From positions 124,001 to 144,157 of the forward strand of contig PPNB01000022.1 of the NCBI GenBank assembly GCA_003707115.1: a DNA stretch of 20,157 nucleotides, in the 5' to 3' direction. Under the pieces are notes generated by a model that saw nothing but the letters and a program-made list of their open reading frames with translations, made no database searches and had not been told where the DNA came from. The stretch comes from Tortispora ganteri. Taxonomy: Eukaryota. The translations under genes and the position numbers were made by a program. Shown here piece by piece: positions 1 through 7,687 of this stretch. How positions within the stretch are numbered: the first letter of the stretch is position 1; the number at the start of each line of letters is the position of its first letter.

Positions 1-5
1 TAATA

Positions 6-683
6 ATGAAGTCTGCTATTGCCTTTTCTACTATTGCTGCCGTTGCTCTCGCACAAGGCCCCGGTGGTGGTATGTCCGATGATATGTTCAATTGCCACGC
101 TACTTGCGGAAGCTTGATTACCAACACTAAGGAATGTGCTGGCGACGCTGCCTGCCTCTGCACTGACACATGGTACTCTTCCTATGCTGAGTGTGTCTCT
201 TGCTCTGAGAGCGGAGAGTACAGCGTTTACGATATGTACTACAATTCTTTCGCACCCGGTCTTGAACTATGTGGTGATGCTCCCGCTGTTGTCTCTTCCG
301 AAGCTCCTGTCGCGACTTCCGAAGCTCCTGTTGCGACTTCCGAAGCTCCTGTTGCGACTTCTGAAGCTCCTGTTGCGACTTCCGAGGCTCCTGTTGCGAC
401 TTCCGAGGCTCCTGTTGCGACTTCTGAGGCTCCTGTTGCGACTTCTGAGGCTACTCCTGACGCTACCAGCTCTCATGGCCATGACCATCACGTTATTTCC
501 ACTGCTGTCACTTTCGAAACCAGCATTGCCACCACTGTTACTGCTAGCATTGAGGGTGGAAACAAGACTGTTACCTGCACAGAAGGCTGCGCCAAGCCCA
601 CCTATGTCAACGGTGCTAGCCCCGTTCAAGTCGGTGCTGGTGCCATCGTCGCTGGTGTCGCCGCTGTTGTTGCTCTTTTCTAA
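6..683 (+). CDS. GPI-anchored cell-wall mannoprotein with Cys-rich N-terminal domain and Ser/Thr/Glu/Pro repeats
   Basis: Signal peptide (MKSAIAFSTIAAVALA), Cys-rich domain (CHATC..C..CLC..CVSC..C), SEAPVAT repeats, a TVTCTEGC motif, and an omega-like 'NGA' followed by a hydrophobic C-terminal tail; strongly biased codons. Confidence 0.88.
   Translation: MKSAIAFSTIAAVALAQGPGGGMSDDMFNCHATCGSLITNTKECAGDAACLCTDTWYSSYAECVSCSESGEYSVYDMYYNSFAPGLELCGDAPAVVSSEAPVATSEAPVATSEAPVATSEAPVATSEAPVATSEAPVATSEAPVATSEATPDATSSHGHDHHVISTAVTFETSIATTVTASIEGGNKTVTCTEGCAKPTYVNGASPVQVGAGAIVAGVAAVVALF
297..452 (+). repeat. 21-bp coding minisatellite, 7 full units plus a partial unit (SEAPVAT)
   Basis: Unit TCYGARGCTCCTGTYGCGACT read directly from the sequence. 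Confidence 0.97.
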
Positions 684-973
684 ACATTGATGAGTGATAA
701 TCGCCTCAAAGTGGAGGCACGACAGTAAAATTTCCTTTCTTTTTTATTATTTTTAACATTGTATAAGTTTATTTTTTTTTCTCTTCGGCGTTTTTCGGTA
801 ATTTGTACTTTTGGCTCGTCATCGCTTACGCTACATATAAGCGTATGCGGCTGCGACCTGTAACATAAGTAATAGAAATAAACAGCTATTTTTTCCTTAT
901 ACGTAATATATGCCTTAATTAATTGTGCATGAAAGTATCCGGAGCAAACCGAAATACCGATGAGAAAAGTCGA

Positions 974-1061
974 TTAGGGTTTCATGCCAAGATAGATGGC
1001 TGAATTTGTTGAGTAAAAGTCGTTGTCAAGGGTCAGCCACAATAACCCTAGAACAGTCACA
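974..1061 (+). promoter_or_regulatory. RPL6 promoter motifs: TTAGGG (974-979), AACCCTA (1044-1050) and Homol-D box CAGTCACA (1054-1061)
   Basis: Exact Homol-D consensus about 85 nt upstream of a ribosomal protein ATG, next to Tbf1/Homol-E-like TAGGGT motifs. Confidence 0.65.
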
Positions 1062-1144
1062 TTTGCACATCCCACATGCCCACTCCCAAGGACGCATACA
1101 CACCCTATCTTCCAGGGTTACTTACCAATCTACTTACAACACAA

Positions 1145-1663
1145 ATGAGCTCTAAGACTGCTAGTGGAGCTGCTCCCGCTGCTAAATTCTATCCTTCTGA
1201 GGATGCTCCTGTGAGAAAGGCCAACCGTAAGGCTGCTCGCGCATACAAACTCCGTGCATCGCTGAAGCCTGGAGCTGTTCTGATCTTGCTTGCAGGTAAA
1301 TTCCGCGGCAAGCGTGTAGTGCTCTTGAAAGCTCTTGAAGACGGCACCTTACTAGTTACAGGCCCTTTTAAGATCAACGGCGTTCCCTTGAGAAGAGTCA
1401 ACCCTGCCTATGTTATTGCCACCTCTACTTCTGTCCCCGTCACCGGACTTAACTTGGACAAGTTCACTGTAGAGTATCTGTCCAAGGACCGCGCTCGCAA
1501 GGCTAGCGGCGACAAGGCTGTCCCTACTGAGCGTGTTGAAGACCAAAAGACCGTCGACAAGACTTTATTGGAAGAGATCGCTAAAATCGAACACCTCGAA
1601 GCCTACCTTGGCAGCACATTCAGCCTCCGCAAAGGAGACAAGCCTCACCTTATGCAATTCTAA
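1145..1663 (+). CDS. RPL6: 60S ribosomal protein L6 (eL6)
   Basis: [42 protein letters not shown] and [14 protein letters not shown] are eL6 signatures. Start placed at the second Met (acaaATG, 1145), giving 172 aa with no intron. Confidence 0.97.
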   Translation: MSSKTASGAAPAAKFYPSEDAPVRKANRKAARAYKLRASLKPGAVLILLAGKFRGKRVVLLKALEDGTLLVTGPFKINGVPLRRVNPAYVIATSTSVPVTGLNLDKFTVEYLSKDRARKASGDKAVPTERVEDQKTVDKTLLEEIAKIEHLEAYLGSTFSLRKGDKPHLMQF

Positions 1664-2035
1664 GTTGCTTATGAATAAATTCTCAACCTGCCTTCAGAAG
1701 GAGGTCATGTTTAGTGGCTAATAGTTACTGTTACGTCTTTGATATGTAGATATTATCATGTAGATAGCGTAAGCTACATCGAGCAGAAGAGCGACTTGTT
1801 TACCTGCTGTACCACCAACCGATGCCGTGCGCAAAAAATTAAAAACAACAACAACACCAAATTGCCCATGTCCGATCTCATACATTGCCAGTAGCAACAA
1901 AAACTGTTGCCTTTGTTTGATAGTAGCGCGTAGTGTTAATTGCGGTTAGCTGTTGGCCTGCGATTGTCAGGCCAAACTCCACCCAACATCTCATATCGCT
2001 TCCCTTAACCGCCAGCTGCACCTCCCAAACCTTTG

Positions 2036-2851
2036 ATGGCAATGGACCGGTACGCGTTCAGATACGACGATGAGATCGAAGAAGGATCGTCCTCGTCGTC
2101 TATTGCGCCCCGATGGATAGAGACGTTTTGCGCCAACCCAATGCACCGGTATTTGGCGATGGTCACCGACGAGTTCATTGAAGACGATTTCAACCTCACA
2201 GGTCTCTCATCTGTCGTACCGCACTTTACAGCCGCACTCGACATGATTCTCGACATCGAAGTGTACCCTGAAGACCGTAGTAAACTACCTGCATTTCCCG
2301 TGATCGAACATTCAGCCGTACTGCTTTATGGGCTTATTCATGCTCGGTTTATCCTGTCGAGACAAGGTCTGCAGGCCATGGCAGAAAAGTACGAGCAGAA
2401 TCATTTTGGCACTTGTCCGCGTCATTATTGTGACTCGTCACGTGTGTTGCCTATAGGTCGTTCAGATATCCCCGGAGTTGACTCAGTAAAGCTCTATTGT
2501 CCTTCTTGTGGCGATATATACACACCGCCCTCGTCGCGGTTCAATACAGTTGACGGCGCCTTTTTTGGCACCTCTTTTCCTGGCCTGTTTCTTACTACCT
2601 TTTCCGAAATCCCGCGGGCTTTTGCCGCTCGTACTAGTGAACAGTATATTATGCGAATCTACGGGTTCAAGGTCTCCGAGCGTAGCCGCGCCGGCCCGCG
2701 TATGACTTGGCTGCGCCAACGGCCGACCACCCAGCAGGAACAGGACGAACTGGAACGCTGCTCCTACCTGCCGCTCCCCGATGACACCGAACTCTCAGAA
2801 TCTGCACCCAGCCCGAAACCTGCTAGTGTAATGAGCATCAGCGAGGCCTGA
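2036..2851 (+). CDS. CKB1: Casein kinase II regulatory beta subunit
   Basis: EFIEDDFNLTGL, LYGLIHARFIL, zinc ribbon CPRHYC...LYCPSC and DGAFFGTSFP; 'GLQAMAEK' and the C-terminal tail are Ckb1-type. First ATG is 2036 (alternative 2042). Confidence 0.9.
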   Translation: MAMDRYAFRYDDEIEEGSSSSSIAPRWIETFCANPMHRYLAMVTDEFIEDDFNLTGLSSVVPHFTAALDMILDIEVYPEDRSKLPAFPVIEHSAVLLYGLIHARFILSRQGLQAMAEKYEQNHFGTCPRHYCDSSRVLPIGRSDIPGVDSVKLYCPSCGDIYTPPSSRFNTVDGAFFGTSFPGLFLTTFSEIPRAFAARTSEQYIMRIYGFKVSERSRAGPRMTWLRQRPTTQQEQDELERCSYLPLPDDTELSESAPSPKPASVMSISEA

Positions 2852-2964
2852 TTAATCGTATCTGCCTAGTTATAGCTGACATTGTGACATTGTGGCCTTG
2901 TGGCTCTCGCTGTAACCATCAACACTTCTCCACCTTTCGACTGCACCAGCAGCGACAGACCGCC

Positions 2965-3570
2965 ATGTCCTTAAAAGTCAGCCCGCGACAGAACGGAAAC
3001 CAGCTACTAACATTCATAAAGAACGTCTCTTGGTCGTATGATCCGGACATAATCGCTGACTACGTAATAAACGAATCTACATGTCTCCTGTTTCTCAGCC
3101 TTAGGTACCACCGTCTTCACCCGGAGTACATATACACAAGAATCTCCAAATTGCGCAACACCTACACCCTGCGCGTGCTCTTACTACTCGTAGACATCCC
3201 GAATTTTGATGACGCGCTTAAAGAACTTTCTAAACTCGCTTTCAATGCCGGCTTTACTGTCTACATCGCCTCCTCCTTTAATGAAGCTGGTGAATACATC
3301 ACACTTCTCAAGACGCAGGAGAATGCCCCACCTACGTCGTTACAGGGCCCACAAGTGCTTACATTCGAAGAGAATGCCACTAAATTTCTTACAGCCATAC
3401 GCGGCGTTAATAAGTCCGATGTCGTCTCGCTGCTCACAGTCTACGGCTCTCTAAGAGCTGCAATAGCCGACAACGGATCAAAGCTCTACGCTACCCCTGG
3501 CTGGGGTGACCTCAAAGTTCAGCGGTTCCAGGACGCCATAAATGACCCCTTCTACAATCACGGTGCCTGA
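2965..3570 (+). CDS. RAD10: DNA excision repair protein Rad10/ERCC1/Swi10
   Basis: VSPRQNGNQLL, LFLSLRYHRLHPEYIYTRI and a C-terminal HhH region (IRGVNKSD...GWGDLKV). First ATG is 2965. Confidence 0.93.
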   Translation: MSLKVSPRQNGNQLLTFIKNVSWSYDPDIIADYVINESTCLLFLSLRYHRLHPEYIYTRISKLRNTYTLRVLLLLVDIPNFDDALKELSKLAFNAGFTVYIASSFNEAGEYITLLKTQENAPPTSLQGPQVLTFEENATKFLTAIRGVNKSDVVSLLTVYGSLRAAIADNGSKLYATPGWGDLKVQRFQDAINDPFYNHGA

Positions 3571-3590
3571 TCGTTTTTTAAATTGCCACT

Positions 3591-3626
3591 TCGCGGTTTT
3601 TGCCCACCTCGCGGTTTTTGCCCACC
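3591..3626. repeat. Perfect 18-bp tandem duplication TCGCGGTTTTTGCCCACC x2
   Basis: Copies at 3591-3608 and 3609-3626, preceded by a partial degenerate copy (ttgccact). Confidence 0.95.
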
Positions 3627-3699
3627 ATATACTCAGATGCACCTACCTCCGGGTACTGGCAACCTTACATTTGCCCTCTACCACGCCCACCCGCTGCCA

Positions 3700-5019
3700 A
3701 TGGATCAGCCACTGCTCCCCCAGTCCGACGCTGAAGCGACAATTAAGCGACGAATATATGTATCACACTCCTTTTCTTCCTGGAACGACCGTGTCTGGGA
3801 ACTAGGATCAGTTCTGTATGTCTACTCGGCCTACCCGGGAAGTCTATTGGCGACATCGCTTTACGCTATCGCTCGTGCGTTCCTGTTAATGGCGCTCGCT
3901 TCGCGAATCGGTCACTACGTTGACACAAATAACCGCCTTAAAGTTGTTCGTCAGAGTATTCTAATTCAGCGATTGGTTGTAATCCTCGCCTGTTTCACAT
4001 TTCTCTTGATTCTCGTCATCCTTCCGCACTTCAATCTTATCAACGAACCTCTCAAACGTTCAATGATAGCATTTGCTATGCTAATGGGATGTATCGAACG
4101 TCTCTGTGCAACTACAAACAATATATCTGTCGAAAGAGACTGGGTTGCCGTGCTCACTCAACATAATTCAAAATTTAGAACTCAGCTGAACGCCGAGCTA
4201 AGAAGAATAGATCTCTTCGCCAAAATGATCGGTCCAATCTTGATTACCTCACTCTACTCCATCTCGCAGACAGCCACTTTGATTATTGTGATCATTATGT
4301 CCTGCGTCTCACCGCTGTTTGAATACACTGCAATTAAAAGAGTATACAATTCCTCGCCTGAACTTGCCGCGCCAAACCCCGTTATTAACGAAGGTCCTCC
4401 TTCTCTCCTGTCAGCATTCCGAACTTACTTCAACCACCCACTAATGCTCGCCTCTCTTGGAAACGCTTTTCTATACATCACTGTGCTTTCCTTTGGCGTA
4501 TCTACTACGGCGTACTTGCTATCGTGCGGCATGGCGGCTGCAGTGATTGGCTGGGTCCGCGGAATAAGCGTTATGTTCGAACTTTCCTCGACATTTCTTC
4601 AACCCAAGCTTGCTAGGACTGTTGGCGCACGCATAGCCGGTGTCTATTTCTTAATAGAAGAATCTGTATCACTACTTCCTCTTCTTTTCGTCTTCTGGTT
4701 CCTCACAGACTCTTTCTATCTGTGTGCATCGGTGATTCTCCTGATCCCCTTCTCGCGTATCGGTTTGTGGGGGTTCAGTTTATGCTATCATACTCTACTG
4801 CAGGAATCAGTCGAACCAGGTGAACGAGGACTTTATAATGCCGCTGACAGAGCTATACTAGGATTATTCGAGCTAATGTCATATCTGATAACGGTTGTGT
4901 GGAGCAACCCTGCCGATTTTTATTTACCTGTCACAATATCTGTCTTTTCGGTGATTACAGCCACAATTATCTACACTTTTTTTGCTACGAACACTACCAT
5001 GTTAGCGAATTATGACTAG
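3700..5019 (+). CDS. Ferroportin (SLC40/IREG, FPN1 family) divalent-metal efflux transporter
   Basis: IYVSHSFSSWNDRVWE, NISVERDWV, LNAELRRIDLFAKMIGP, LYITVLSFG and SRIGLWGF match ferroportin family motifs; about 11-12 hydrophobic segments. Start is ATG 3700 or 3637. Confidence 0.9.
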   Translation: MDQPLLPQSDAEATIKRRIYVSHSFSSWNDRVWELGSVLYVYSAYPGSLLATSLYAIARAFLLMALASRIGHYVDTNNRLKVVRQSILIQRLVVILACFTFLLILVILPHFNLINEPLKRSMIAFAMLMGCIERLCATTNNISVERDWVAVLTQHNSKFRTQLNAELRRIDLFAKMIGPILITSLYSISQTATLIIVIIMSCVSPLFEYTAIKRVYNSSPELAAPNPVINEGPPSLLSAFRTYFNHPLMLASLGNAFLYITVLSFGVSTTAYLLSCGMAAAVIGWVRGISVMFELSSTFLQPKLARTVGARIAGVYFLIEESVSLLPLLFVFWFLTDSFYLCASVILLIPFSRIGLWGFSLCYHTLLQESVEPGERGLYNAADRAILGLFELMSYLITVVWSNPADFYLPVTISVFSVITATIIYTFFATNTTMLANYD

Positions 5020-5066
5020 TGTCAATAATTATTTTCAGTCCTAGCTCATTAAATGTTGTCGTAAGG

Positions 5067-6977
5067 TCATTTAGTTTTCTTCGATTTTTTCCGTTCACTC
5101 TTCTTAGACTCTTTTCTCTTGCGTTTCTTGTCAGCCACAGGCTCGTCTTCTTTGACACTTGGAAGAGTTTCCTTTATATCTTCTTTCTTCTTTTGCTGGT
5201 GCTGTTGCTGTTCGAGCTTCCTCTTGGTGATCTGAACATTGTCAATAGCGAACTCAACAACAAGGCGACGATTCTTGACTTCACTGACGCTGCCGGGATC
5301 TTCAGGATTGATCTCCTCGGCGGTTACCTGATGTCCGTTCAGCCAGCGTGCGCCCATAAGAGCCCATCTGTGACTTGCGTACTCAACGAACCCATAGCCA
5401 CGACTTCTTCCGCCGTCAGCGACCTTGTTCTCGTTGACTATATGCACGTTTCTAACCACACCGTGTTTCTTGGACTTCGGAACGAGTTTTGATGCCTCTT
5501 TAGATCGCAAAAGTTCTTCTTTAGTTAGCGGTTCTCTGAGTTCATTTCGAGCTTCAATGGCAAACTGCACCACAGCTTTCCGAGCCAGCTGTTTCAGGGC
5601 CTTCGCGTCCATGGTCCTGGGGATATTGCGAATCGCAAGTTTCGTGAGACTCACGTGCAGAACAGGATTAGAAGCGAGCTGTTTTTTACGAAGTTGATAA
5701 GACTGTTCTCTGATATCGAGCTCTGCTGGAGTCATAGCCTCTGCCAGCGCTGAGCCTTTGCTTATACGACCTTCTTGAAGCAAGAATGTGTTTCGCTTAT
5801 CGATTTTCTCCATTTTCGATTTAATTGAAGCGTTCTGCTCAGCAGTGGTTCGATCAACAGCGTGTACCACAGATAATAAGCGACCGTTGAAGATGTATCG
5901 CTCGTCAGTGCCTTCAGGAATGACCAGCGTATTTGAAGAGTCTTGTTTCGGGCAGTTCATGACGCAGTTCTTTGCATCTTCAGGTTTGCTGAAACATACA
6001 AATGCCGTTCCCTTTGGAATATTAGTCTGCTTGTCTATCACAGGCAAGGCATAGCGTACAGGTCCAAACTCAGAGAAAAGTTCTTCCAAGGTTTCTTTGG
6101 TTGCCGTATAGGGTATGTTACGAACGAAAACTGTACGGTCGAATGTTTCAGATTGACGTTTTGACGGTGTAGAAGTTGTCTGTTTGTTTGATTTTGGAGG
6201 TTCTTTTTGTTTAGAGTTGGATTCAGATTCAGAGTCGGATTCAAAGTCGGCGTTAGATTCAGAGTCAGCGTTAGATTCAGATTCAGCGTTAGATTCAGAG
6301 TCAGCGTTAGATTCAGAGTCAGCGTTAGATTCAGATTCAGGCTTCTTCTGGTCTAGAAATCTGTCTTTACTGATCGCAAAATCCACAGTAATTTCTCTAC
6401 CATCTATCTTAGTACCGGTAAAATGTTGTTTAGCTAGATCAGCGGCTCTGTGTGATCCTAAGCGGACAAAGGCAAATCCACGAAGACGTGTACCTTTCTT
6501 AGGTATTTGCACATCGTGAACGACACCAAATTGAGCAAACATTTTCTGTAATTGCTGCGGTTTGCTTATCGACCATGGTAGGTTTCTAATAATAAGACGT
6601 GCGGATCTAGCAGTTGGATCAACAACTGTATTAATTGATTGAACCTCGCCATCATCAGTTGAAGCATATTTATGTGCAAGTTCTGCCACTGATTCAGATA
6701 CTTCATGATCAGCATTGGCACGATTACGATGTCTTGCCACTTTTACTATCCATGATGAATATTCAGGGCTCGTCTTAATAGCTCTTAGTGCATTTTCAGC
6801 ATCTTTAACTGATCCAAATGCAACAAATCCAAATCCTTTACTCTTCTTCGATTCACGATCTCTTACTACCGTCGAATGCTTCACAGGTGCATATTCACTA
6901 AATATATCAGCTAATTTCTCATCATCAATATCATTTCCGATATTCTGTACAATTAAACTACTGCTGCTGTTAGACAT
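5067..6977 (-). CDS. NOP4: Nucleolar RRM protein Nop4 (60S biogenesis)
   Basis: Four RRMs (SKGFGFV, RGFAFV, KGTAFV, SRGYGFVEY), LIIRNLPWSI, RLVVEFAI and a Lys-rich C-terminus. Confidence 0.95.
   Translation of the reverse strand: MSNSSSSLIVQNIGNDIDDEKLADIFSEYAPVKHSTVVRDRESKKSKGFGFVAFGSVKDAENALRAIKTSPEYSSWIVKVARHRNRANADHEVSESVAELAHKYASTDDGEVQSINTVVDPTARSARLIIRNLPWSISKPQQLQKMFAQFGVVHDVQIPKKGTRLRGFAFVRLGSHRAADLAKQHFTGTKIDGREITVDFAISKDRFLDQKKPESESNADSESNADSESNAESESNADSESNADFESDSESESNSKQKEPPKSNKQTTSTPSKRQSETFDRTVFVRNIPYTATKETLEELFSEFGPVRYALPVIDKQTNIPKGTAFVCFSKPEDAKNCVMNCPKQDSSNTLVIPEGTDERYIFNGRLLSVVHAVDRTTAEQNASIKSKMEKIDKRNTFLLQEGRISKGSALAEAMTPAELDIREQSYQLRKKQLASNPVLHVSLTKLAIRNIPRTMDAKALKQLARKAVVQFAIEARNELREPLTKEELLRSKEASKLVPKSKKHGVVRNVHIVNENKVADGGRSRGYGFVEYASHRWALMGARWLNGHQVTAEEINPEDPGSVSEVKNRRLVVEFAIDNVQITKRKLEQQQHQQKKKEDIKETLPSVKEDEPVADKKRKRKESKKSERKKSKKTK
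6246..6335 (-). repeat. 18-bp coding minisatellite x5 (SESNAD/E) in the NOP4 acidic linker
   Basis: Plus-strand unit GTCAGCGTTAGATTCAGA repeated five times with single substitutions, with degenerate GATTCA flanks. Confidence 0.93.
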
Positions 6978-7339
6978 GGCAAATTCTTTGTATGTAAGAA
7001 TTCTAGTAGGGTTTCGGCCTTAATGTTATGCATTTTGGGAAGTTCATATATTGCGTTTACTAGTATTTGATCTTATTAATCTACATTAATTCTTTGATTC
7101 TAGTCGTTTATATGAATCTAAAATTTGATATAAAAATAATCATATATTAAGTATAATTATAATTAATAATTTAAAACATAAAAGATTAGTTTGATATAGC
7201 TTTTAACATATTATATAGCATATAACATAGCGTGACCGGGTTTCCTTTTGAATTTTGTAGGGCTGAATTCCCAATTTGTCATTTCAACTCTTTACCCCCA
7301 CCCCCTCTAACCTTACATTTATCTCTTTTCATACTAACA

Positions 7340-7687
7340 ATGGCATTTGAGCCGAAAGAAAAAATCGAATTAGACCCACCAGAAGATAAACAATTCACTA
7401 TTGAAGAATTATCAAAATACGATGGCAAAACATATAAAGAAATGTATATTGCAATTAAAGGAGTAGTATTTGACGTAACTCGCAATCAACAAGCTTATGG
7501 TCCTGGATCCTCCTATAACCTCTTTGTCGGCAAAGAAGCATCAATAGGACTAGCAAAGAGTAGCCTTAATCCAGAAGATCTACAAGGTTCTATAGATGAT
7601 CTAACTAAAGATGAACTTGGTGTACTTAATGATTGGTTCACTTTTTTTAGTAAAAGATATAATATAAAAGGTAACGTTATTGTCTAG
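7340..7687 (+). CDS. Cytochrome b5-like heme/steroid-binding (MAPR/Dap1-related) soluble protein
   Basis: FTIEELSKYDG, YIAIKGVVFDVT, YGPGSSYNLFVGKEAS and W..FF.KRY; 115 aa with no N-terminal transmembrane helix. Confidence 0.9.
   Translation: MAFEPKEKIELDPPEDKQFTIEELSKYDGKTYKEMYIAIKGVVFDVTRNQQAYGPGSSYNLFVGKEASIGLAKSSLNPEDLQGSIDDLTKDELGVLNDWFTFFSKRYNIKGNVIV

Noticed and set aside
297..452. Repeat array as a possible CRISPR
   Set aside because: Head-to-tail coding units with no spacers, a eukaryotic context and no cas genes.
136..690. Alternative-frame ORFs (184 aa on +, 120 aa on -) with LLRLPK / SRNRSLG repeats
   Set aside because: Stop-free shadow frames of the 21-bp minisatellite in the GPI protein gene.
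1076..1144. 23-aa N-terminal extension of Rpl6 from ATG 1076
   Set aside because: It lies in the promoter just after the Homol-D box and has no eL6 similarity; ATG 1145 has good context and gives the expected length.
5019..6519. Plus-strand ORFs antisense to NOP4 (157, 90, 88 and 111 aa)
   Set aside because: Shadow ORFs whose hydrophobicity mirrors the Lys/Glu-rich sense codons.
7332..7338. Perfect TACTAAC branch-point motif immediately before the MAPR ATG
   Set aside because: No YAG between it and the ATG, no convincing in-frame 5' splice site, and the protein is complete from 7340.
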